64,000 bases of DNA from an uncultured delta proteobacterium (GCA_963727445.1 CAVSGI010000010.1:544001-608000); one strand, 5' to 3'; numbered from the stretch's first letter, positions 12,729 through 23,250 are shown. Program-made: numbers and translations. The notes: a model not told the origin generated them from the sequence alone.

Positions 12729-13619
12729 CTATGATTCGCGCCCGTCGCCGAGCGCCGCTTCGCCGACGACGGCGCGCGTGAAGCCAGCCACCTCCTCTCG
12801 TGAAGCCGCGTGGGCCCGGAGGGCAGCGCTGAGCGCCTCGAGCGCCGGCCGCGTCGCGGGCTCTGCGGCGATGGCTTCGCCGAGGAGCGGGGCGAGCGCG
12901 ACGTCGGGGACGGGCGCCGGCGCGCCTGCGGGCGCGAGGATCCCACCGCGACGCGCGAGTACGCGTGCGAGACGATGTCCTTCGGGGATGACCGGTCGGC
13001 CGTTGGCGAGGAGCAGCACCAGCGACGCGACGCCGAAGGTATCGGCGCGCGCGTCGATCTCGCCACCCGCAAACCGCTCGGGTGGTGCGTGCGCGACCTC
13101 GCGATCCGCCTGCCGCCCTTCGGTGCGGTGTGCGAAGGCCTCCACTTCGGGAAGGCCCACGGAGAGCACGTGGATCGAACCGTCGCGCCCGAGGAGCACG
13201 TGTGACGGCGAGAGGCGGCGCGCGATCGATCCTGCGCCGTGAGCGGCGAGCGCAGCGTCGGCGACCGCGTGGCCGATGGCGGCGGCGACTCGAAAGCTCG
13301 CGCTCCCCGTCGTCGCGACCGCCTTCGCCACGTCGACGCCTTCGATGTATGCGCGCTCCGCGCTGAGCCATCCGTCGACCACGTCCACCGAGCGATAGGT
13401 GACGACAGCCGGGTGAACGACCGCGGCCGCGACCGCACGCGCCGCATCGGCCCAGCGCTCGACCTGTAGAGCGAGCTCGCCGCCGGCTTCCGCGACCTTC
13501 ACTGCGCTCGCCGCTCCCGTCCGTGCCCGCGCCTCCACCGTGTCGGACCAGGGGCCTCGATGGATGAAGCGCACCGGGGCCCGTTCGGCCCAGAGGGGTC
13601 CTGGAAAAGCGCTCTCCAC
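12729..13619 (-). CDS. Degenerate kinase-domain protein (pseudokinase)
   Basis: AVKV, HPAVV and PPE...ID.RADTF are retained, but HRD reads RRL and DFG reads SVG. Confidence 0.65.
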   Translation of the reverse strand: MESAFPGPLWAERAPVRFIHRGPWSDTVEARARTGAASAVKVAEAGGELALQVERWADAARAVAAAVVHPAVVTYRSVDVVDGWLSAERAYIEGVDVAKAVATTGSASFRVAAAIGHAVADAALAAHGAGSIARRLSPSHVLLGRDGSIHVLSVGLPEVEAFAHRTEGRQADREVAHAPPERFAGGEIDARADTFGVASLVLLLANGRPVIPEGHRLARVLARRGGILAPAGAPAPVPDVALAPLLGEAIAAEPATRPALEALSAALRAHAASREEVAGFTRAVVGEAALGDGRES

Positions 13620-13694
13620 GGCCCAGGAGTATGCGCGAGCGTGGGGCTCCCGTCACTGTATGGCCCGAGGGCGAGAGGGGACTACCTTACCGGT

Positions 13695-14519
13695 ATGAGC
13701 GAGCGCCCGATCACCACCACGGTCCTGATGTGTCACGCCCCCATCGTCGTGCCCGGGATCGCCAGTGCGGGTCGCGCGGCTCCCTCCGCCGCCTCCACCG
13801 AGGCCATGCGACAGGCCGGCGAGGCCGTCGCCCGGACCCAGCCCGACGCCGTCGTGATCGTTTCCCCGCACGCGCCCCGCGATCGTCACGGATTCCTCGT
13901 CGCCTCCGACGCCGAGACCCGCGGAGACTTCGGGCGCTTCGGCGTGCCCGAGATCGGCGCGGCGCTCCCCGGCTCTCCCGAACGCGCGGCGCTCATCGCT
14001 GCCGAAGCCGAGGCGCTCGGTCTTCGCGTTGCCACGACGCGACTCGGCGCGGTGGACCACGGCACCCTGGTGCCACTGTGGTTCCTGGCCGAAGCAGGCT
14101 ACCGAGGTCCGACCGTCCGCTTCGCGCTCCCCGCGTTCACCGATCACCAGGCATGCGAGACCATGGGGCGCGCGGTCGCTGCCGCGGCGCGCGCTTCGGG
14201 CGAGCGCTGGGCCTTCATCGCGTCGGGCGACATGAGCCATCGCCTGCTGCCCGATGCGCCCGCCGGGTACGCACCCGAGGCGCGCGGCTTCGATGCCGCG
14301 GTGGTGGAGGCGGTCGACGCGGGAGACCTCGCCGCGATCCGGCGCATCGATCCGGCGCTCCGCGAGCTCGCCGCCGAAGACGTGGTCGACTCTCTCGACG
14401 TGGCCCTCGGCGTCATCGGCACGCCTTCGCCGAGCCATCGCACGCTCTCGTACGAGGGTCCCTACGGTGTCGGTTATCTGATCGCCGTCCTCGACGCCGC
14501 CGACGCCGCGGCCGAGTGA
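13695..14519 (+). CDS. LigB / class III extradiol dioxygenase-like protein
   Basis: CHAP, VSPH, DHGTLVPL, ASGDMSH, SYEGPYGVGY. Confidence 0.8.
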   Translation: MSERPITTTVLMCHAPIVVPGIASAGRAAPSAASTEAMRQAGEAVARTQPDAVVIVSPHAPRDRHGFLVASDAETRGDFGRFGVPEIGAALPGSPERAALIAAEAEALGLRVATTRLGAVDHGTLVPLWFLAEAGYRGPTVRFALPAFTDHQACETMGRAVAAAARASGERWAFIASGDMSHRLLPDAPAGYAPEARGFDAAVVEAVDAGDLAAIRRIDPALRELAAEDVVDSLDVALGVIGTPSPSHRTLSYEGPYGVGYLIAVLDAADAAAE

Positions 14520-14601
14520 ACCCCGCACCACACCTGTATCGCGGCTTCACGAAAGCGCGCTGAAACGCCCCGAAAAGCCCCGAAAAGCCCCGGTTTCCGC
14601 G

Positions 14602-14617
14602 AGGCATGGGCCTTGCG
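14602..14617 (+). promoter_or_regulatory. Putative sigma-54 promoter
   Basis: AGGCATGGGCCTTGCG: GG-N10-GC with TTGC; preceded by the 10-bp direct repeat GCCCCGAAAA (14567-14592). Confidence 0.55.
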
Positions 14618-14629
14618 AAGCCTTCGGGC

Positions 14630-15352
14630 ATGCGCGCGCTACTCCTCGCACTGACCGCGGCCCTGGCCTTTCCCGCGCTGGCCCTGGCCCAACCGGAAGC
14701 CGCGCCCTCGGCGCTGACCGTGGTGAACGAGACGCGGCCCGCACAGACGACCGCGACTCCCCAAGCACAGCCCACGCAGGCGACGGCCACTGCAGAAGCA
14801 CAGCCCCTCGAAACGCCCACCCAGATCGATACGGGGACGCACTTCATCCTCGAGATGAACGTCGGCTCGAGCTTCGCCGGCAGCGTCGGCTTCGCTGGCA
14901 GCCTGATCGTCGGCGCCGGCGGCAAGCTCAAAGGCTTCCCTCCCATCTTCTATCTCATCGCCGAAGGCGGCTATCAGCGCGGCGGCAGCGACGGCCGCCT
15001 GGTGGGCGGTAACTACCAGGACGGCCGCGACTACGCCGACTTCTCCCTCGGCCTTCGCACATACGTTCCGATCCTGCGGGACATCCGGTTGTTCCTCGAT
15101 CTCCTGCCGGGCGCCACCAACGCGACCTCCACGCTGTCGCGTGACGGCTTCGCCGATCTGCGCAGCAACGGCTGGTACGCCCACTTCGTTCTGGGCGTGG
15201 GCGTGCAGGTGCGCATCTTCCACGAGCTCTCGGCAGGCGTGCGCGCCAAGATGCTCTTCACCGACGACGGGCTGGGCGATCTCCGACAAGCGTTGGGGAT
15301 CGACACGACGATCCCCATCGTCCTCTCGGGCTCCATCACGTGGCACCTCTGA
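14630..15352 (+). CDS. Putative outer-membrane beta-barrel protein
   Basis: Signal peptide (ALALA-Q), alternating beta-strand pattern, C-terminal ITWHL. Confidence 0.7.
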   Translation: MRALLLALTAALAFPALALAQPEAAPSALTVVNETRPAQTTATPQAQPTQATATAEAQPLETPTQIDTGTHFILEMNVGSSFAGSVGFAGSLIVGAGGKLKGFPPIFYLIAEGGYQRGGSDGRLVGGNYQDGRDYADFSLGLRTYVPILRDIRLFLDLLPGATNATSTLSRDGFADLRSNGWYAHFVLGVGVQVRIFHELSAGVRAKMLFTDDGLGDLRQALGIDTTIPIVLSGSITWHL

Positions 15353-16320
15353 TGCGGCGCTTCGCTCTGCTCCTGCTGGTCGCGCTCGGCGCCTCGTGCA
15401 ACGGGGACAGCGAAGTCGGCACGATCGAAATCGACCTCTTCGATGCTCCCGTTTCCTGCGACGAGGGGGCCGACTGTCTCGACGAGTGGGGGGAGACCGC
15501 GGCGGAGGAACCCCTCCATGGGTTCGCCTTCGTCTCCACCGAGACCAGCGCGTATCAGCCCAACGGGCTCTACGTGTACTTCGAGGTGGCGAGGCCCGAC
15601 GGGGCCGTGGGTCGAGGCGAGCTCGACGTTCCGCTCCGTGGGGACGCCGAGATCCAGGTGAGCTACGAGGAGCGAACCGGGGATGAGGTCACCTTCGTCG
15701 CCGAGGAGGCGGTGGGGATCGTGGAGGTGCCGGAGGAAGCGTACGGCGAGAGCTGTGAGTGCCTCGATGGGCGCCTCGAGCTCGTGCTCCGCAGCGCCGA
15801 GGGAGAGGAACGACGCTTGAGCCGCGGCCGCTTCGGGTGGGGTGATCAACCCTGTGTGAGCCGCGCGCGTTTCACCCATCTGGGGGAGGAGCTCACGGTC
15901 CTGCCACGCAGTTGCGGGGTGGACCCTGCGCCGTCGACGCCGCGCTACGATCCACCGCCCAGCACCGGCGACACCTATTACACACCGCCGGCGAGCTACG
16001 GCAGCGGCTGTGACACCTCGGGCTGCAACAGCTCGTCTTCGAGCTCCGCGAGCTGTAACGGCAGCGGCGGCGGCTGCGGCGGCAGCGGTGGCGGAGGCGG
16101 CTGCAACGGCGGGGGAAGCGGCGGCGGCTGTGAAGGCGACACCGGCGGCGCCGGCGGATGCTCGGGGGACACCGGCGGGGCCGGCGGCTGCGCGGGTGAC
16201 TCGGGGGGCTGCCGCGTCGTCCGCGGTCCCAGGCGGGTCGGACCGCAGGGGCCGCTTCAGACGGGTCTGCTCGTCGCCCTCGCGCTCTTGTGGTCGCTCC
16301 GCCCGCGACGGCATCGCTGA
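15352..16320 (+). CDS. Lipoprotein with Gly/Cys repeats and a MYXO-CTERM-like tail
   Basis: TGATG coupling to the upstream gene; lipobox LGASC; GGC repeats followed by GGCRV, a TM helix and an Arg-rich end. Confidence 0.75.
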   Translation: MRRFALLLLVALGASCNGDSEVGTIEIDLFDAPVSCDEGADCLDEWGETAAEEPLHGFAFVSTETSAYQPNGLYVYFEVARPDGAVGRGELDVPLRGDAEIQVSYEERTGDEVTFVAEEAVGIVEVPEEAYGESCECLDGRLELVLRSAEGEERRLSRGRFGWGDQPCVSRARFTHLGEELTVLPRSCGVDPAPSTPRYDPPPSTGDTYYTPPASYGSGCDTSGCNSSSSSSASCNGSGGGCGGSGGGGGCNGGGSGGGCEGDTGGAGGCSGDTGGAGGCAGDSGGCRVVRGPRRVGPQGPLQTGLLVALALLWSLRPRRHR

Positions 16321-16321
16321 C

Positions 16322-18191
16322 TCAGGGAGGGCAGCCGAAGCTGGTGAACCAGAGGTTCTCGTCGCCGCCCTGGCGGTCGACGTAGGCGATCCCCAGTCGA
16401 CTGTTGCCCCAGGCGGGAGAAGGCCAGAATTCCTCGTCGGGGATCACGATCTCGGTGGGGGCCTGAAGCGGCGTGCCGTCGGGCGCGAAGCGCGCGAAGA
16501 AGAGGTCCCGTTCCCCCGTGTTCAGCTCGGTGCGGAAGACGAGCAAGACCTGTCCAGGCGCCGCGGCGAGCTGCGGCCGAAGGTCGCTGGTGCGGTCGCG
16601 CATCATCGGCACCGTGAGCGGCGCCGGCGCGCCGGGTGCCACGCCCCGGTCGTCGAGGACGAGGGTCTGAACGGCGCGGCCGTCGTTGTCGTCCCAGGCG
16701 CCGAAGAAGCCGGTCTCGGTCCCGACCATGGAGGGATCGCGGATGTTGCCGCTGCCCGAGTAGACCGTGGGGGTCGGCGTCACGAACGTGCCCGGCGTTC
16801 CGATGTTGAAGAGTAGATCCCGGTTGTCGGCGAAGAGGAAGGCGTAGCTCGTTCCGTCGTGGACCATGTCGAAGCCCTCGACGTTGTTGCTGTCCACCGA
16901 GACGCGTCCGTCGAGGACGGTGCCGGCCGCGTCGGCGTGGTGCAGGTAGACGTCGTTGTCGATGTAGGCGATGCCGAACTCGGAGCCGCTCCAGGTGACC
17001 CGCGGGTTGGGCGAGTTGCTCGCGTTGGATTCCAGCTCAACGATTGCGGAGAGCGTCGTCCCCGCGAGGTCGAGGGTCGTGAAGCGCACCCGGCGCTCGA
17101 CCCGCGTGCAGCAGCTGCCACAGCTGACGTTGTCGGGATCGAAATAGGTCAGGCCGAGGACCTCGCCGGTCCACGCGAGGCGAGGCTCCTGGGCGTCCGG
17201 GTCGATCTCCACCGGCGTCGAGTCGCCGGGATCGCCGGTCTCGTCCACGTAGATGACGGACACGCCTCGCTGGGCAAAGCGGGTGCGGTCGCTGAATGCG
17301 ATGGCGAAGCGGTCGTCCGTGAAGACCATGTGAGGCTCGTCCGCGCTGCCCGACGTGGTGAGCTGATGGCGCATGCCTTCGACGTAGTCGAACCCTTCGT
17401 CGGTCAACCCGTCGCAGTCGGTGTCGGCGCCGGAGCAGAATCTCCTCGGCGATGCAGGTGCTCCAGAGCCCGCCGCTGCACATCCGCGTGCCGGTGGAGC
17501 CGCAGCGGGTCGGGCAGTCCTCGACGACACCTTCCGGGGTGCAGGCGCAGTCCTCGTCGCGCGCGCCATCGCAGTCGTTGTCAATCATGTCGCACTCCTC
17601 GACGTTGCCGAGATAGGAGAGCGCTTCGCTGTCGTCGCAGTCGGTGCCCCCGCAAGCCTCCGCCCCCTGACCGTCGCCGTCCGCGTCCCAGGGGTTCGCG
17701 ACGCAGGGATCGTCGAGGTTGGTGGGCTCCACGTCCCCTTCCACCCACGGGGGAAGGTCTTCGCCGGCGACGTCCACCGGCGCGCATCCCATCAGGCCGC
17801 AAGTCATCCCATCACAGGGGCGGTCGATGCATCCTCGGAGCAGGTAGAGCCGAACCATCTTCAATCGCCCTTCGACGAGGCTGGTGCGCACTTCCGTCCG
17901 CACCACCTCCTCATCGGAGAGCAGCCCCCGCGCCACCACCGTCACCGGTCCGAGGGACTCGCCCGCCGGCAGCACGGTGACCGTGAGCGGGAAGGCGGGT
18001 TCCCCGGGGCCGTTGAGCGCCTGTGCCGTCGAGTTGCTGATGCCCGACGGCCCGGTGACGATCACCTCCACCTCGTCGATCTCGCTCGGCGGCGTCAGGT
18101 TGGTCTCGACCACCACGACCAGCTGGGTCGCTTCGCCCGCGCAGCTCGAAGCGAGGACGAGCAGCGCGAGGGCTGTGGCGCGCTTCGTCAT
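16322..18191 (-). CDS. Lipoprotein with MopE-like putative metal-binding repeats and a C-terminal beta-rich domain (frameshifted)
   Basis: Lipobox LASSC; DADGDG..CGGTDCDD, ECDMIDNDCDG, CSGADTDCDGLTDEG; removing one base at AA 17439-17440 joins two ORFs. Confidence 0.75.
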
Positions 18192-18980
18192 TGAAAGAGC
18201 AAGCTCCCGGCTCCGAGCGTCCCCATGTGTGGCGAGCCGCTCGCGTTCGCGCTCACGACCAGGATGGGGACGAGGATCGCGGCGACCACTACGATACCGA
18301 TCCCGGTCCACAGCCAGGGCGAGCTCCAGATCGCGCTCCCTTCCTCACCGTCGACCTCGGGCGCGGGGGCGACCAGGGGGTTGTCGGGCTCCGGCGCGGG
18401 GCGAGTGGTGGCGGCGACCTCGACCCGTTCCTCCTGCCCTTCGTCCACCTCGAAGCGCGCTTCGCCGATCGGTGCTCCACTTCTGGCGACGGTCACCACA
18501 TGCGCTCCGGGGTCGACGGGGAGGGCCACGCCCAGCGAGCCATGGCCCAGGACCTGCTCGTCCAACCAGACCTCGTCTTCGTCCTCGAGCCCGTCCACGG
18601 CGATCGTCACTCGGGCGAGGCGTGTCTCCACCTCGGCCAGCGCCTCCTCGGCCTGGCTCACCAGCACGGCTGGGGCACCCCCAGGCTCGGCCACGAAGCG
18701 TCGATAGCTCCCGGCCGCTTCGAGGAGCTGCCCCGTCTCGGCCTGCGCGGCCGCCAGGTTCAAGAGCGTGCTGCTGCGGGCAACGATGCGATAGGAGCGC
18801 GCGAAGAGCTCCCGCGCCTCCTCCCACTGCTCCTGCCGCGCGGCGTCGAGGCCCTGTTCGAAGAGAATCCCGCGCCGCTGCCATCTCCGAAGGGGCCGCC
18901 TGCTGCGCCGCCGCGACGCCTGGCGCTCCGAGGGCCAGGACCGAGAGCAGGTAGATCGCGAAAGAAGAGGGTGCGGGCAT
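18188..18980 (-). CDS. TPR + PEGA-like domain membrane protein (frameshifted)
   Basis: Signal peptide, LFEQG...W.EA..LF..SY...LLNLA TPR, VDPGAHVVTV, WLWTG TM; extra base in CCC 18869-18871. Confidence 0.75.
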
Positions 18981-19057
18981 GTGGGAGAATTAATAGTACC
19001 AAAGGAGAGGGCCGCTTTCGTCCGGGTTTGAGGGACGGGTAGCCTCCGGCGTCGGGC

Positions 19058-20716
19058 GTGTTCGAAGCAGGCGACAGGGTTGGTGATTACGAGATCGTCG
19101 CGAAGCTCAAGTCGGGCGGCATGGCGACGCTCTTTCTGGCCCGGCGCCTGGGCGCGGCCGGCTTCGCCAAGCACGTGGCGATCAAGGTGGTCCACGAGCA
19201 CCTGGTCGAGGATCCCACGTTCGTCCGGATGTTCGTGGACGAAGCTCTGCTCTCGGCGCGCATCACCCACCCCAACGTGGTGCACGTCGAGGAGCTGAGA
19301 GAGCGGGACGGGCGGCACTTCCTGGTCATGGAGTACGTCCGTGGCGTCTCCCTCTGGCAGCTCCTGGCGACGCTGGCCAAACGTGGAAGGCGAATGACGC
19401 CGGAGGTCGCGGTGCACATCGCGGTCAAGGTCGCCGACGGGCTTCACGCGGCGCACGAGACGCGGGGCGGGCGCGGCGAGCTCCTGGGGGTGGTGCACCG
19501 AGACGTCAGCCCGCAGAACGTCCTGCTCTCCTATCAAGGGAACGTGAAGCTGATCGACTTCGGCGTCGCCAAGGCGCGGGGGCGAATGCAGGAGACGAGC
19601 GGCGGAGGCATCAAGGGCAAGTTCCGGTACATGAGCCCGGAGCAGGCGTGGGGGCGTTCGGTCGATCGGCGCGCGGACGTTCACGCCCTCGGCGTGGTGC
19701 TCTGGGAGATGCTCACCATGCGTCGCCGTTTCGAGACGCAGGACGACGCGTTGGTCCTCGAGCTGGTGCGCGACCCCGAGCCGGTCCGCCCCAGTGAGCT
19801 CGCGGAAGGGATCGACCCCGCGCTCGACGCGGTGGTGATGAAGGCGCAGGCGACGCGTCCCGAGGAGCGATACCAGACGGCCGCGGAGCTCCGCGCGGCG
19901 CTGCTCGCGGCGGTGCCTCGAGCGGCGATCCTGCACGAGTCGCAGCTCGGTTCGCTCCTCTGTCAGGTGATGGCGCAGCACATCGAGAAGGAAGCGGCGC
20001 GGCTGCCGGAGAGCGTCGGCGGGCTCACGTTGCGGCACGAGGGTGACGAGGCGCTGGCAGCGGAAGACCTCGACACCATGACGATCAGCGACGTGGACAT
20101 CCGCGACGCGGCCCCGGTGACCGAGCCCTCGGAGCCCTCGGGGCCCTCGACCGGCGGCGCGCGCACCTCGCGCAGGCCACAGGCCAGGCAGAGCGTGCCG
20201 CCCGCGACGCCTGCAACACCCGAGACGCCCGCGACTCCAGCAACCCCAGCGACGCCCGCGACTCCTGCCACCCCCGCGACGCCGGCGACGCCCTCGATGC
20301 CGCCCGTCAGCGCGCGGCCAGCGACGAGCAACACGCTGATGATCGTCGCCGTCACGGCGGCGATGATCGCGGCGGGGCTCTTCGGTGTCGTCGTGGTCCT
20401 GGGCGCGCACCTGGCGAACGAGGACGGCGCCGAGACCGTGGTGCGGCCCAGCTCGGCCGGCACTTCGGCGCCCCCGCTCTCGTCGACCGCCCCGATCACC
20501 GCGGTCGTCGATCCGCCGGACGCCGCGGCCGATGCCTCCGACGCGGCGCCGGATGCCGAGGTCGCCGCCGCGACCCCCGAGCCCGCGGTCGAGACCCCCT
20601 CCGATGGGCCCACGCACCGCCGCCGGTCGTCCGCCGAAGGGATGGACCAGAGCCAGAGGGTCGGCGAGGCGCCGAGCCCCATGCGCCGCCGTGTCCTGAT
20701 CACCGACAGCTTCTGA
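19058..20716 (+). CDS. Membrane Ser/Thr protein kinase
   Basis: GGMATLF, AIKV, HRDVSPQN, DFGVAK, YMSPE; PAT repeats; TM helix. Confidence 0.95.
   Translation: MFEAGDRVGDYEIVAKLKSGGMATLFLARRLGAAGFAKHVAIKVVHEHLVEDPTFVRMFVDEALLSARITHPNVVHVEELRERDGRHFLVMEYVRGVSLWQLLATLAKRGRRMTPEVAVHIAVKVADGLHAAHETRGGRGELLGVVHRDVSPQNVLLSYQGNVKLIDFGVAKARGRMQETSGGGIKGKFRYMSPEQAWGRSVDRRADVHALGVVLWEMLTMRRRFETQDDALVLELVRDPEPVRPSELAEGIDPALDAVVMKAQATRPEERYQTAAELRAALLAAVPRAAILHESQLGSLLCQVMAQHIEKEAARLPESVGGLTLRHEGDEALAAEDLDTMTISDVDIRDAAPVTEPSEPSGPSTGGARTSRRPQARQSVPPATPATPETPATPATPATPATPATPATPATPSMPPVSARPATSNTLMIVAVTAAMIAAGLFGVVVVLGAHLANEDGAETVVRPSSAGTSAPPLSSTAPITAVVDPPDAAADASDAAPDAEVAAATPEPAVETPSDGPTHRRRSSAEGMDQSQRVGEAPSPMRRRVLITDSF
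20201..20293 (+). repeat. Pro-Ala-Thr tripeptide repeat (about 10 units)
   Basis: PATPATPETPAT... with varied synonymous codons. Confidence 0.85.
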
Positions 20717-20721
20717 AGCGC

Positions 20722-21138
20722 TCAGACGCGTCCGCGCGCAGCCTCGAGGATGTCGATGTAGCTGAGCATCCCCACGAGGGCCCCCTCGTCGTCGACCACC
20801 AGGAGCGCGCCCACGCGCTCGTTCACCAGGAGATCGATGGCCTCGTCGATCCCGGCGCCCGGCGCGATGGTGATCGGGGTGCCGGAGACCAGACCCATGA
20901 CAGGCATGGCCAAGACGGGCGCGCCCCCGTCCGGGTTCTCCACATCGTTCGCCAGGAGCCCCTCGACCCGGCGCAGGTCGCGATCGCTGAGGACGCCCAC
21001 CACGCCCTCATCGTCCATGATCGGCAGGTGGCGGCACTCGTACTCGGTGAAAGCGCTCATGGCATCGCCGACGGTGGCGTCGCGACCGAGGGTCACGACC
21101 TCGGTCGACATCAGATCCTCTACGCGCTTGTGGCTCAC
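20722..21138 (-). CDS. CBS-pair domain protein
   Basis: VEDLMS, RHLPI, VGVLSDRD, GALLVVD, GMLSYIDIL. Confidence 0.9.
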   Translation of the reverse strand: MSHKRVEDLMSTEVVTLGRDATVGDAMSAFTEYECRHLPIMDDEGVVGVLSDRDLRRVEGLLANDVENPDGGAPVLAMPVMGLVSGTPITIAPGAGIDEAIDLLVNERVGALLVVDDEGALVGMLSYIDILEAARGRV

Positions 21139-21169
21139 GGGGGCACGATACGCCTCGCGCCCCCGCGCG

Positions 21170-22639
21170 TCACTCGAGGACGTTGCGGAGCAGCATCAGG
21201 CCAATCACCAGCGCAGCGCCGACGAACGGGGTGAGCAGGGCCAGCGCGATGAGGATCCGCTTTCGTCGCTGTTTCTGTGCAGCGAGCTGGGTACGTTCCA
21301 GCGCTCTCCGATCGAGCTCGACCTCTTTGCTGAAGCGAAGGGGACGCTGGCCGCTGGCGCTTGTCGTGTGCGTGGCCGAGTCGGTGTTGAGCCTCGGGCG
21401 GGTGGAGGGCAGGTTCTGAGGTGCGGGCTCGACTCGCTGGCGCGGGCCGGAGCTGGGCTGAGGCTCGGGAGACACCAGCGGGATGGGCATGGTCTTGACG
21501 GCATGAGCGGCGTTGCCACGCGGATCGATCCCTGCCGCGCGGAGCGAAGCGTCGGTGTCGGGGAGGTGTCCCTGCAACGTCGAGCCCGTCTGGGGGTCGG
21601 CGACGGGGGGGGGCGGGTAGGCCGGCGCCGCCATCGCGGCGTTTAGAGGCGCGTCGTTCCGCGGCGGAAGCTCGGTGCGCGCGGCCGAGCGGATCACACG
21701 ACGAATCGCGCTCAGCTCCTTCTCCGCCATCTCGAGGACCAGCGGCGCGAGGTCTTCGGCGTGGACTTTCGCCGCCTCCGGACACGCTTCGAGGAGCGCG
21801 TCGCGCACCTCGCGCGCCGTGTTGAAACGCTGGTCGGGGGAGGGCGCGAGGGCCTTCATGACCACGGCGTCGAGGGCGGGCGGCACCTGCCGGAAGACCC
21901 GCACCGGTGGGTGATCGGGCTCGCGGACCTTCGCGAAGAGCTCCGCCTGCGTGTCCGCGGTGACCAACCGCCGCCCGGCGAGCATCTCGTAGAGCAGCGC
22001 GCCGAGCGCGTAGACGTCCGTGCGCCGATCGACGCCGCGGCCCCAGACCTGCTCGGGCGCGAGATAAGCGATCTTGCCGCGCACCATCCCCTTCTGGGTG
22101 TAGACGGTCGCGTTTCTCGCCTTCGCGATCCCGAAATCGATCAGCTTCACGTGACCGGTGCGCCCGACGAGCACGTTGTGTGGGGTCGCGTCACGGTGGA
22201 CGATCTCCAGGGGTCGCCCCTGCCGGTCGGTGGTGCGATGGGCGGCGTGCAGACCTTCGGCGACCGCGCAGGCGATGTGCACCGCCAGCGGGACGGCCAT
22301 CTCGCGATTCGTCTTCCGCATGCGCTTGAGCACTCGGCTCAAGGACACACCGTCGAAGAGCTCCATCACGATGAAGTAGGTGTTGCCCTCCTGACCCAGA
22401 TCCTCGACATGGACCACGTTGGGATGGCGGATGAGCGCCGACAGCCGCGCCTCTTGAAGGAAGAGACGCACGAACTCGTCGTCGATGGAGAGCTCCTGGT
22501 GCACCACCTTGAGCACGACGTCCCGCGCGAAGCCCCCGGGACCATCCTTGCGCGCGACATACAGGCTGCCCATCCCGCCCTTGGTGAGGTGCGAGAGAAT
22601 CCGGTAGCTGCCGAGCTTGGCACCGGGCTGGAGCTGCAC
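21170..22639 (-). CDS. Ser/Thr protein kinase with a C-terminal TM helix
   Basis: GGMGSLY, HRDATPHN, DFGIAK, YLAPE. Confidence 0.93.
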   Translation of the reverse strand: MQLQPGAKLGSYRILSHLTKGGMGSLYVARKDGPGGFARDVVLKVVHQELSIDDEFVRLFLQEARLSALIRHPNVVHVEDLGQEGNTYFIVMELFDGVSLSRVLKRMRKTNREMAVPLAVHIACAVAEGLHAAHRTTDRQGRPLEIVHRDATPHNVLVGRTGHVKLIDFGIAKARNATVYTQKGMVRGKIAYLAPEQVWGRGVDRRTDVYALGALLYEMLAGRRLVTADTQAELFAKVREPDHPPVRVFRQVPPALDAVVMKALAPSPDQRFNTAREVRDALLEACPEAAKVHAEDLAPLVLEMAEKELSAIRRVIRSAARTELPPRNDAPLNAAMAAPAYPPPPVADPQTGSTLQGHLPDTDASLRAAGIDPRGNAAHAVKTMPIPLVSPEPQPSSGPRQRVEPAPQNLPSTRPRLNTDSATHTTSASGQRPLRFSKEVELDRRALERTQLAAQKQRRKRILIALALLTPFVGAALVIGLMLLRNVLE

Positions 22640-22815
22640 CCATCCATGGTACCGAAAAGGCCCGCGCTTCGCGGAAATCCGCCGGAAAGTCGTGGAAACG
22701 GCGCGCCCGCGCGCATGGGTTGGCAGTGCTGGAGGAATCGGTCATGCTTCCCACGCCTCGGCTCCGGTCCCCCTCCGGAAGTAGTCACTCTCCGTTCGTG
22801 TGGAGGAGCAACGCC

Positions 22816-23250
22816 TTGGAGCAACCAACCAATCATCACGGTCGAGGAAAGTCCGCCGGCGACACCGATCGTCAGTGGCAGCTGGGCCCGGAGGGGGCGC
22901 GCCGCGTGCTCGCCCGCACCAGCCAGACCGGGACCACCCAGCCCCTCAGCCAGCTGAGCGCCGGGCTCGCCGATCGCGTGCTTTCGCGGGCGCGGGCCGC
23001 CCGGCCGTCTCCACGGGTCGAAGACCTGCCGAAGGTCATGGTGGATCCCAGCCTCGCAGCCGACCTGGACCCGATGGTCGCGGTGGCGCCGCCAGCGCCG
23101 CAGAAGATCGAGCCCAGGCGCCCCCGGGGCTGGATGTTCGCGCCCGAAAACGGCGGCCGACCGAGCATCGTCGACGACGACGAGCTTCGCGCCGCGACCG
23201 CACGTCCCTTCGCGGGGCTCTTCCTTTGGATGCGCCGGCTCTTCAGCTGA
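22816..23250 (+). CDS. Hypothetical protein
   Basis: GGAGGA RBS at 22802 before TTG 22816; GC3-rich codons downstream. Confidence 0.5.
   Translation: MEQPTNHHGRGKSAGDTDRQWQLGPEGARRVLARTSQTGTTQPLSQLSAGLADRVLSRARAARPSPRVEDLPKVMVDPSLAADLDPMVAVAPPAPQKIEPRRPRGWMFAPENGGRPSIVDDDELRAATARPFAGLFLWMRRLFS

Noticed and set aside
17430..18880. Programmed frameshifting or phase variation
   Set aside because: The runs are only 2-4 nt, with no slippery heptamer; sequencing error is more parsimonious
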